In this document: positions 53,201-64,000 of the stretch, in pieces
Numbering within the stretch: the first letter of the stretch is position 1
Layout of the letters: every line of letters starts with the position of its first letter
Assembly (NCBI GenBank): GCA_051362555.1
Contig: CM120640.1
Coordinates: 26,026,225 to 26,090,224 of the forward strand
From: Lingula anatina
Taxonomy: Eukaryota; Animalia; Brachiopoda
Direction of reading: 5' to 3'
DNA length: 64,000 nucleotides
Position numbers and translations under genes: made by a program
Notes under the pieces: model-generated
Database searches by the model: none
Seen by the model: the letters and a program-made list of their open reading frames with translations, nothing else
What the model was told of the DNA's origin: nothing

Positions 53201-55923
53201 ACTCTAAAAAAATGACAAGGCACATTGTAACATTTTTTTTTAAATTTATATTTCAGGATTTCACTGTGTACAAACATGCTATTCTGTGTGCCCATTTTCC
53301 TCAGTTGTGTGCACCCGACCCACCCTCCTCGCCCACTCCAACCCCTAACCCTGCCACCAGTTCAGATACAACACCAGCCAAGGGTTATAGCTATGAGAAC
53401 TCCACCGAGGGCTCTATACATTACCGATCCCTCAGAGCCATCAGTCCTACAGGGTTCTCCTTTGAACAGCAAGATGAAGCTGCCTCATTGGTCCAGCCTG
53501 ACGGAATGTGTGAATTACTGAGACAAGCATTTGGACTGGCTAAAGACAGAGCAATGCAATATAATAAGAAAGTATATGACAGTTATGGAAGGAAACCACC
53601 TGCAAAGGTAGATATATTGGGTATTTGTTAAGTTATCATTGTTTTTATGCAAGTCTTCAGCAGTTGCAGTATGAGGTGCAGGTATTTCTGCAAGAGATTC
53701 CTTGTAAGAAATGCCCTGATCTGTACACATTGATAACTTGTTGATTATCCATGAAATCTAATAAAGATTTAATTACCTCCTGATATTGCCTCTTAAAAAT
53801 AAACATTTGGACTCAATAACATTCCTATAGTGATCAGTTATAATTGTGGTCACCAGTCTCAGTCCCAGTTATAAAAGCTGGTTAGTCACTGATTTATCTT
53901 TGTCTCGCACTTGACATCTACCAGCTACAGGAATATGTATTCTCAGACTTCTGAAATATAAGATAGCCATCTGTTAGACTCCCACCAAATGCACTTTCTC
54001 TGCTTTAGATTTCAAACAGGGTGTTGTAATTGGGGTCAAGCTTTGGTATGAATTAAGATGCAACTTGTTAAAAATGTTCTTATTTGACTTATATTAATGG
54101 TTTAGAAAGTCTTCCAATTTTGATTTTAGAATATATAATTATCATATGGATAAAGCCTGTGGCATTATAGCAGAAGGGTATTAATTAGATAAATATGAAA
54201 TGCCTAATTCCAGCATCACATATTTGAGCTAACATTTTTGTATATAATGCCACATGGCTTTTTAAAACATATTTTTTTAAAACATATTTAAAAACATATC
54301 TTTTTCTGTTGCATAACATAAAGTTGTATTAAGTGAAAGAGGGTGGGTAGTTTTTAAGAGATTAAAATTCAAATATTGTTATTATCTGCTTGATATATCA
54401 TATTTACCAGAATAACCTCTCTCAATTTACATGTATATCTCTTTTCAGATCTTAGTTGAAGAGTTGGTTGGCCAGCTGTCAGTGCTAGAAAATAACAAAC
54501 ATCCCTTTTACAATCCTCACAACTTTTTGGTGAGTTCCAATTTACTCATTCATACTTAGAAAACTTCACAGTTTATTTGCTTTTAGAAAAAGTGAAAAGT
54601 AGAGAATATTTTCTATAAAATATTTCGCTACTTATTTACAATATCACAGAGCACTTTTTTCACATTTTTATGAATTGAAAATTTTAAGGGCATGCTAATT
54701 GAATATTTTAAAATATGCTCATGTTATTTTCCCTAATTTTTTAACTTTTTACATATCCCCAGACAAGGAATGCCTATGACAAATGGCAGCAGCAGCAAAG
54801 ACTTGTCATCACTGAATTGATCAATAAGTTCTGGCACTTCTCGCTTCCCCCTCTCAGCAGTGGTCAAACGGTAGATCTCTCACGAGTCCATGAAGAATAT
54901 GAGTATCTCATGAGGAGACTAATCAGGTAAATATTCATGAATTCCTAAAGGTTATCATATGATGCGGCTAGCCATTTAATTCTTAATTTGTCCATGAAAA
55001 TAACATTATTCTGATAATAGCTGACCATGACAAAGTTAATGAGCAAATGAATTATGAGAAGACAAACCAGTAAAGGGTAGGAAAACTCAGGTCTGGACAC
55101 TCCTTCAGATGAAGACTATCCAGATATTCATAATTTTGATATTAAAAAATGCAATTCAGTTAGATCAGATGTTAATATCTAAAAAGTGCACAATCTAATC
55201 CATCATGTCTTATCATAGTCTTGTTGTTATTTAATAGAGAATTATTTTTCTCTTTAGTTTTGAGACCTGTATGAAGCAGCAGAATGCTGGAACTCCGCAG
55301 TATGCACGCTGTGTTCCCTACTCTGCCACCTCTGCCAGAATACTCACAGAGTTTGGGCTCAGATATGGTGTGGTGTGTATACTGTCTTTGTTGTCATGAT
55401 ATTTCTTGTAAGGGTTGGGGGGAGGGGAGCATACACTTGGTCACCCTTTACTTCACTTAAAGAAAAAGATAATATTATAATATATGTTTTGGATTATATG
55501 TTTTGGATTACTTACATGAAATGATAGTTATTTGGCTTAAACAATACATTTGTTAAAGTATCAGCAAATACTAATACACTGAGATTTTGAGATTATGCAT
55601 TTCTGATAACAGCCTTTTACACTTGAACAATCCCCATTACATATTTCTAGGGGGAGTTATACAGAAGGATAGTGTACTTGCAGTATTTAGCAGAGAACTT
55701 GGAAAGTGAGCCTTGGTTTGTGGAGCACACTACCTGTGTTCTCTGCAATATCCGTGACATGCTGCCACAAAATAGAGGAAGGGTCATCATGGTGAAGCAA
55801 GAGGTGAATACTTTTTGACATTATCGATTTTTATTAGGTTTGGTGTTGACTTTTTGACAGTCTCAGTTGATTCAATTTATTTAAATTTTATCTGTATTGA
55901 GTACACTTTCATATATTTTATTT

Positions 55924-55990
<67 letters not shown>

Positions 55991-58900
55991 TTTGCTTCTG
56001 TGTCTCATGTTGCCTGTTACTCTCCTGTTTTAAGATCTTCTCTGTTATATGTTAAAGAAGTAACATTTGATGAGGTTTTAAATAACATAATAAAGTAATG
56101 GTAAATGTTCTTACAGTTTGAGAAGCTTCAAACAGCAATTATCCAGCTACATGGTCAGTGTGGCAACTTCCTGACCAAAATGAAAAGATTGTTTCCTGAA
56201 AATAAACCACAGAGTGGAGTAGGTCAGTTATAAGTTCATTTTGTAATTTGTTATCAACTTGAAAACCAACTTTGCAGTGTGTTCAAAAATAATATTTGAT
56301 TACATTTTATTGTATTTAGGTTTGTCTCTTCTCTACTTACTGAAAATAATTTTTTATTGTTTTGTTTTCTGAAATAACAGATTTTGTACTTATAGCATTT
56401 AATTCACACTACACAAATAATTCTTTGAAATTGTACCTCTGTAATTTCAAACCAGGCACCATTATTGAGCTGTTGGATAACATCCTGAAGATGAAGGTCT
56501 ATCTGTCTGGCAAGAAGCAGTCCTCTGTTGGTGACTGGCTGCAGCAGTATGCTGAGGTACAGTGAGATTTTATACACTTCTGTAGCATTTATTATTGCAA
56601 TGCAGTAGTGAAATATAAATGTATATCTGACAAAAAACTTTGATTTTCTGTTATTCTTTATTTCAAAATAATAGCTTTTTATACTATTTGTCTTGTTCTT
56701 TGTACTGTGCATGACTGCTTATCTTTATATCTTGGTCATAAGAGATATTTATATTATTTATTTGTGATATACATGCTGTATATTTTTATTGTAAGAAGCA
56801 CTTCCCAGTTTTTTTATACATATTTTTCAACTTGCTCATTCAGGAAAGCTTTCTGGTTGCATATGAGAGACACAAGACCATAGCTTCCACTGACCTCAAG
56901 ATGAACACTGTGCTGGAACCACTATCTGCAAAACTGGTAAGTGAGTTTACCTAAGACAGAATTTTTTCTTTGCATTAGCAGCAAAGAACAGTGATCGTGA
57001 TCATTGGTGGCAGGAACTTAAATGGGGATTTTTCCATGACATTAACACTTTTTAAAAATATTTGTACTGGTCTCACCAAGTTAAGTTTCTTAAAAAAGAG
57101 GGACTGTAGAATCCCCCTTCCAAGTTCTGATTATGGGTACAAAGGGTATTTCTCTATCACCTAGTTCATTTATTGTTTCATAATCAGTTATACTTGGTTG
57201 TGTTGTCTCCAATATTTGGAGATAATAAGAATAGTCACTAAGAAATTCAATTTTAAGTACAATTTGCTTTTATATAATTCACTTTTAAGAAGTTGCAATC
57301 TTTATAAACTTAGGTAAGATAAATACATTATTACCCTTCAGTATTTCTTTTTTACTTTATCTGTTTTGTTTTTAGCTTAATGTCATTATGTTGAACATCA
57401 GGGATGAATTGATTGATTACCGAACAAATTATCAAGCTACATTTGAGGAGTGAGTATTGAATGATGGATCCCAATATATGGGTTTATTCAACTTGCTCAT
57501 GTTATCTTCAAAACCTTTTATTAGAAAAAAGTAGTATTAGTTTTACCTATGAAACTAATGAAAATTATGTTTTGATTCTTAGACTAGTATTTGTGTTCAT
57601 GAACTAAATGCAAAGAAATATGTAAGTCTGCATTTGTTCTTTTTCTAGTTATTTCAACATCAGCCAAATTGCAGCAGTTTCCTTTTATGAAAAATTGATG
57701 GAAGATGTTGAGGATCTATGTGATACCACACTGCAGCAAACGGTGAGAATTTTTTTGTCTTGGATTTTAACCCTTTGGCAATTTAGAATGTAAATAGATA
57801 AATCACTTTTATTTTATTTTCCTTTTATTTCTATATTTGAATTCTTAGTTTGGTTGTGCCATTTTTAATATGCTCAAACATTTTTGTTTTATTCTCCAGA
57901 CTGGAGACGAGGTAGACCTGCTGATGGTCAGCTTGGCGTATAGACTGTCACAACTTGACCAGGACTGGGCCTGCTTCATCAGACCAAAGTTAGTTGGTCT
58001 ATTTAGTTGTATTTGTTAAGAAGACACACACACTTAATCAGTAATTGTTTAAGTTTTGCCTGTGTACTTTGTGCAACTTTGATAAGATACAAGATTAATA
58101 AAAAGTTTATGTGCTGAATCTGTTTGGAACATTTAACATTCCTTTTTTTATTTATCTATTATTATTTTTTTAAGGTTTCAGAGGTGGAGACATCCTTTTC
58201 TGCTTCAAGTTCTGCACTGGCTTTATGTCCTGAAGGAACACATGCAAACACTGGTGCTGGAATCTGTGGCCACAGAACAGGTAACTGAAGTTTCTTAATA
58301 ACAAGTTATATTTATTGATATTAAAGTGAAAAGCTTTAGTTTGATCTTATACCTTTTCTTATCTATTAGTATTGAAAAGATCTTTTTCCTGAAATGAGAT
58401 GAGTTGAAAAGAAAATAGCCATAAAATATTTCTCAGTACATTTTTTCTACATGAAATGTGCACTGGTATTATTTTAGTTCCGAATGCTCAAGCTAACATC
58501 GGAGCTGTACCAGGCAGCATCCCTGGCACCATTAGGCAGTGATAACAGCAGAGTGCACTCTCCTTCCATGTTCTCCCTGACTCCATCTGTCCACTCAGCC
58601 TTCAGCACACCACACCATCTCTCTGGCAGCTCATCAGCACACAGTACTCCTGGTATAGAGGTAAGTTACCACTCAGCATTCAGCACACCACACCATCTCT
58701 CTGGCAGCTCATCAGCACACAGTACTCCTGGTATAGAGGTAAGTTACCACTCAGCATTTAGCACACCACACCATCTCTCTGGCAGCTCATCAGCACACAG
58801 TACTCCTGGTATAGAGGTAAGTTACCACTCGGCATTTAGCACACCACACCATCTCTCTGGCAGTTCATCAGCACACAGTACTCCTGGTATAGAGGTAAGT

Positions 58901-61900
58901 TACCACTCGGCATTTAGCACAGTGCGCCTCTCTGGCAGCTCATCAGCACAGATTGAAGATTTTCTGTCTTATGTTAATTTATTGTAATGTGTAATAGAAG
59001 CAGTATGTTAAGAAAACTTATCTACAAATTCTAATTTTTCTTTCAGGAGGATGCGCAGTTGAACGGACAGGCCTCAAGGATTACCGTGGAAGCTTTGGTA
59101 CATGGAGACAGGAAGGGGTCATCTCTCCAGCAACCACAGACTCACTATGAAATCTATCAGAGTAAAGTGAGACAACAAAATGACTTGGACACCAGATCAG
59201 TGGATGTGTGGCAGACCGAGGCATTATCGCAAGGACAGGGTGGCTTTGTTACACCTCCAGCCATGCAAGGGGTATTGACTTTCCAGAAGACCATACACCA
59301 TAGCAAATCCCTTCCAACTCTTTTCACTTCATCAGATTATGGTTCAGATACATCCGATTATTCGCCACCTTTTGGAATGAAGGATGACAGTAATTGGAGA
59401 TGGTTTGGCTCTCCTGAACTGGAGACTCCAAAGGCGAACAAGCCAAAAAATGGGGTAACATTTGAGAAAGATCCACATTCTTCAGAAAGGACTCCAGTCA
59501 ATGCAGCAGGCACTGAGGGCATCAACAGGAGCAAAGACAGCAACAGAAATTTGACAGGCAAGATGGATGATTCGGAACAAGAAAAAGGGTTTGGTTTTCC
59601 ACCTCTCACACATATTGCCCATTTAAAACCTATAGATAATCAAACTCAGATGACAGCTCATGAAGATGTTCTTTCTTCAGAGAGTTTTGAGCAGAGAGAG
59701 CTTGCAGATGCCAGGCCAGAAATGATGCCATACTTTGATCCATACACCGGAAGCTATGTTAGTAGGAGTAGCTTCACTGCAAAGCCCTTAGGGGAAGGCT
59801 TGCAATTTATCAGTCTTAGGGGGAAAAGTCAGTCACAAAAACCCAGGATTTTAGCAAGTAAAGTCAACAGTGCTTCAACTGCTCAGAGACCAACATCCAG
59901 CAGAAAAAGTAGTAGATCACACATTAAAAGCCCCACTACACAAAAGACCCAGCATGGACTATCAGAAATAACATTAGCCGACCCTGCCTACCACCTCCCC
60001 ATCTCTGGATCTGTATTTGATGTGGTCACCATGTCCCAGCGCTATGTGACTTTTGCAAAGACTATGTGCGACACCATCTGCCCTTTGCCAGTGTTTGAGG
60101 AGCACACCCCACCACCCACACCGCTTGAAGAAAGCATGGGTTCTTCCACAGCCAGTAGCAACCCTCTGGATCCAGAGTTTAGTCTGAGAGCAGCAGCCAA
60201 GGAAGCCATGTTAGGAAGAAAACAAGTGTACAATAAATTGTTACAGGTATGTCACTTCCATGGATACATGAATTTGTGTGTGTGTGGGTGCATGTGCATG
60301 CGTGTGAACTGATTGCATGTGCAGTTAATAAGAGGTTTTAATTGTTATTTATTTGTAAATAAATTGCATTCTTGTGTGATGATGTATAAAATTGGTCTTG
60401 GTTTTGCTTGATTTGTGAGATTAATACAATAAGAAAAATAATGGAAAATCAGATGATTAAAAACTTTTAATGTCAGTTGTTTTACCCCATTTATGTTTTC
60501 TTTTCAGTGTGTCTCAAATACAGTTTGTTTGTACGCAGATAACATGATGTCCATGGATCTTTGTGCAGTGTTTGAGAAAGAGGGAATAGATTTAGTTGGT
60601 GTTGAGGTAAATTTGAAATTAGATTTTTATTTGGACAGCCTTAGTTGTATAAATGGTATTATTGATATTGATATCATGAATGTTTGTAAAATATGTAAAG
60701 GATTAATGGAAGGCAGTTTTTATCAGTAACACACAGTCAAACAACAATGCAACCCATTAAGTTGAAAGTAGATTGAATCTATATATACAAAAATACTGTC
60801 CATTTTAACTTGAAGCCCCTTGTAAATGAAATTCCATTTTTCAGTTGATTAAGCATTTGAAGAAGCAGAGGAAGCAAGGTCTTATATGGGGCTGTAGACA
60901 TCAGCTGGAGGGGATTAAGGATTGCTTCTTTTACATGAGGAAAAATCCCAACATACTGTCAGGATCACACGAACCAATTACAGAAAGTGTAAGTTTGTTG
61001 GCAAAACAAATTATTAGTGTCAGCTCAACTTCCATAATTGTTAGAGACACTTTTCTGGTTTGGAACATAGTGTAATTTCTAGGAAACCTAAATTCAAGTG
61101 GAGATGTCGACAATAACCAAACGTGAATTTCTCTGGATGAGTTTCAGGCCTGTGGCCAGAAATTTCAAAAGTGGACCTTTAACCATGAAACTTACATGTA
61201 CCTTAATTAAATTTTACCCAGAGGGGACCTTTTCCCTGCAAAAAGTTTTTTTTTTTTCGAACCCCCCCCCCCCCCTAACCCCCCTGGCTACGGGCCTGAG
61301 CTTTAATTCAGCTGCTGTATTAATTCTCCAGATGTGTGTCAGGATAAACAATGTGACAGCCTTGCTGGACCTGTTACCTGACCTGTGGGCCAGGATGTCA
61401 AGGGCTGTGGAAGCTGAGAGGTTGTTTGAAGAAAGAAGCAGGAGTGGAACTGGTAAAATAAGAGACACATCAGCTTTAATGTATTTCTTAAATCATATAT
61501 TTTTGAAAATTTGACCCATTACATAATATTTTTTTCAGTTCCGTAATATCATTTTTCTGTTGTCACTTGTTAATCTTTTTACATCCTATAGAAAGTTACA
61601 AAATAAAAAAAACAGTTGCACCTCGTGTTGAAATGGTAATAGACTTTATTGGTAGTTTTTCAATGTTTTATTGAAAGAATTTGAGAGAGAAGAATGATGT
61701 GAAAATTCCCAAAAGAATAAAATGGTGACCTACATCCATAAAGTTTTAATTTTAACCCATCCCTTTCATCATATATTGAAAAGCTTAAAATGAAGAATTA
61801 AAAGAATTGTGATAATCATTTAGGGGAGTCCTCTGCTCATCAGTCCAGCTTTGGTGACAGCGAAGACAGGTATTTTAGTTTCACCAGACAGCTGTCTAGT

Positions 61901-64000
61901 GACAGTGTGCTTTCCCATGGCTCTGAGGTGACAGACGAGTTTATCCCAAAAATAGGGCTCAAGGTGAAAGAAAAGACTAAACACCACCTTCAAATCATAT
62001 GGAAAGGGCTCGTCAACATACTGGCTTATAGGGTGAGTGTTAGAAATAAATTTTAATATTCTTGGTGAGAAAGGCTCTATGTCTTCCAATTCTAATTTTG
62101 AAATCCTGGCCTTTTAATAGAATTAAAGATATAACTAGAACTGTCAAGTAAAACCCCTTTTCTTAATATGTTATTTTAACCTTCCAGATGAACCTGTTCT
62201 TCAAGGATGCCCTTACCTTGCTCCTGTCTATACAGCGCCCTACATTGTCCATTGAAAAACAACTGAAGCCACTCATTGACTTCTTCACTGACCATTTGAC
62301 CTCCCTGGCACAGTGGCTTTACAGGGACTCCTTCAGGAAGTTTCTTGAAGTTCTGTGGCTCTTTCTTGCCAAGGATTTTAATGCTGAGGTGGAGAGCCTA
62401 AAGTACACAAGCATGAACTCTGAGGCCATTGCAGAAGTCATGCTGCAGACCATAGCTGTAAGTCACTGTGGTGAATACGAGGTTGTGAGTTGTGATATAT
62501 ACAGAATCATTAATAGTATATTATGGATTTAGGACATTTTATACATTGTGTTTGTGCTGTGAGGATATCATGGGAAGCTGGAATTCATATCAAATTTGAT
62601 TTTGATATCAGTTTACAGCACCAACATAACTAAATTGTTCACTCAGCTTCATCTGTATTCTATAAGTAGCAAATACCCTTGGTAATTAGTTTGTAAAGTG
62701 TGTCGTCTATTCAGTATCTATGTGCCAATATCTATGTTCACAATTTTGGATTTTTTTTATAGTTCTTCATAAAATATTTGAATGAAGATGACAGAGGATT
62801 GGACCTAGACTTTCTGACCACGGAAGTGGTAAGTCGGCATTTGTTATTTTGTTCTTGAACAGATATACCAGCAATTGCAAAAAGGACATCTAAATATCTT
62901 CTTAACTATTTCAGTTTTTTTTTCAGGGCACCTGGGACACAGCTGTTGTGCTTAAATTTTTTTTTTTTTCATTTTTTGTTTATTTATTTTTAGGAAAATG
63001 TGATTTTCAAGCTTCAGTTGTACACCACACCAACTGTAAGACTAATGAGACTTTACCTACAGCTGCAGGCAGAGGTAAAGAAATTATGTGATATGCTAAC
63101 TGCAAATGTATACTTTTTTCCATTTTATGAAAATTACTAATAATAAAAGAACCTAATGCACTGAGGTTAAATTCAAATACATAGTATAGTCTGTGTTGTT
63201 ATTGCTTTATTAGTTGGTAATTCCAAATATTCACCAAAGAGTAGGAAGAGTTAAGCCATACACATTTTAATTTGTTCAGTTCACATTCCTGTATTAAGTA
63301 AAATTTATTTCAGAGAATGCAGGATACTTATTCACAAACCCCAGGGTCAGAAGTTCCCAACAAGCTTTTCATTGCTCATATGCAGCATGATTTACATGCT
63401 ATACGCAAGTGTTTCAGTGGACAGGAACTTGTGGACTGGATTGTCACACATCCACAAGCTCTTCACCCAAAGAAGAAACAAAGCCAAGGTGGGTATGTCA
63501 CTGAAGGCACATTATAAAGAGACAAAAGAAAAGATTTTGACAGATATTCATTGAAATGTTATTGGAAAATTTGACATGTTTTATTAGTCTCCAAGTTCCA
63601 AGTGCTATTCTCATGCACAGGTGTCTTAAGTTGATTGAACAGGATTTGGTGCAAAAACAGCATTTAGCAAATTTTCCTGGACACTTTACTTTAAAGAATA
63701 ATCTTGAAAATTTTTGGATATTGTTTTTGAATGAATAATTTTTTTTCTTTGCTGGAAGTATAGAGAGATCAAAACAGGATCGAAATCTGTTTCATTGAGT
63801 GTTTCATGCCAATAATTTGTTCTTAATGCCTTAAATATAAATCGATATTTATATATATTTTTACATGAGATATTTTTCATCAGTCAGTGTGCTTTCATTC
63901 AGATTCCTCTGATAGCAATTACTCGGTGAGCTCTTCAACAGAAGAAAGTGAGTCAGAGGACATGGTGGCCAAAGCAGGGCACCTGGGACAGAAAATGCTG
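50278..64000 (+). CDS. Munc13-family MUN-domain (MHD1/MHD2) protein with a C-terminal DEP-like domain; 3' partial (at least 1528 aa)
   Basis: Exons 50278-50468, 51702-51749, 52110-52173, 52398-52449, 52594-52649, 53257-53607, 54449-54529, 54763-54926, 55258-55372, 55651-55803, 56117-56222, 56456-56556, 56844-56936, 57376-57449, 57649-57742, 57900-57988, 58175-58280, 58478-58660, 59047-60246, 60508-60606, 60845-60988, 61332-61452, 61824-62032, 62188-62457, 62763-62828, 62994-63074, 63314-63488, 63903-end; all phases consistent. MUN-like motifs ILTEFGLRYGV, SGSVFDVVT, MCVRINNV, LKPLIDFFTDHL..FRKFLEVLW, LQLYTTPTVRLMRLY. DEP-like RKCFSGQELVDWI ... AGHLGQKML. Confidence 0.82.
54152..54261. repeat. 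Inverted repeat (about 18-bp arms), MITE-like relic
   Basis: aaagcctgtggcattata ... tataatgccacatggcttt (one-base gap). Confidence 0.5.
55916..55993. repeat. (TTTA)n microsatellite
   Basis: Long run of tatt/ttta units in an intron. Confidence 0.95.
58591..58950 (+). repeat. 78-bp tandem repeat (4 full copies plus 1 degenerate partial) spanning an exon/intron boundary
   Basis: Units at 58591, 58669, 58747, 58825 and partial 58903. Each reads HSAFSTPHHLSGSSSAHSTPGIEVSY (26 aa) and contains GAG|GTAAGT. Confidence 0.97.
59047..60246 (+). CDS. Large 1200-nt exon of the MUN-DEP gene (mostly a disordered insertion, returning to MHD1-like sequence at SGSVFDV)
   Basis: 417-aa ORF; acceptor tttcag| (59046) and donor cag|gtatgt (60246). 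Confidence 0.85.
61145..61298. mobile_element. Short MITE-like element with 15-bp terminal inverted repeats
   Basis: caggcctgtggccag ... ctggctacgggcctg (13/15 inverted match) with internal poly-T and poly-C tracts. No clear target-site duplication. Confidence 0.6.

Noticed and set aside
58591-58950. 78-bp array as a CRISPR array
   Set aside because: Units are contiguous with no unique spacers, in a eukaryotic coding context with no cas genes.
50278-64000. Naming the gene UNC13D, BAIAP3 or UNC13A-C
   Set aside because: No C1 or C2 domain was recognised upstream of MUN and a DEP-like domain follows it; orthology cannot be established by eye.
1-64000. tRNA, rRNA, snRNA genes and U12-type introns
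   Set aside because: None recognised; all modelled introns have ordinary U2-type GT-AG ends. A covariance-model scan was not possible, so small ncRNAs could have been missed.

Overview
AT-rich, intron-containing animal genomic DNA. A lophotrochozoan such as a mollusc is a guess from sequence style, not something shown. Four genes could be built by hand with GT-AG introns whose phases are all consistent. (1) ASH1L histone H3K36 methyltransferase (+, 5142-21693, 22 exons in the window, 5' end uncertain). (2) NCAPG, condensin I subunit CAP-G (+, 25319-33595, 19 coding exons) with a CHR/E-box promoter. (3) An unnamed nuclear protein of about 2140 aa (-, 44369-35372) carrying divergent Ski/Sno/Dachshund (DHD) and Ski-type SAND-like domains in an unusual layout, plus two HCF-1-binding-type motifs. 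(4) A Munc13-type MUN-domain protein followed by a split DEP domain (+, from 50278, running off the window). Genes 3 and 4 are head-to-head across a promoter region of about 260 bp with mirror-image M-box/YY1 modules. The most striking element is a 78-bp tandem repeat across an exon/intron boundary of gene 4. It creates four identical, in-frame GAG|GTAAGT splice donors. Two diverged copies of a TTAA-flanked MITE and several small inverted repeats are also present. All assignments come from reading the sequence and recalled family motifs; no searches were run.
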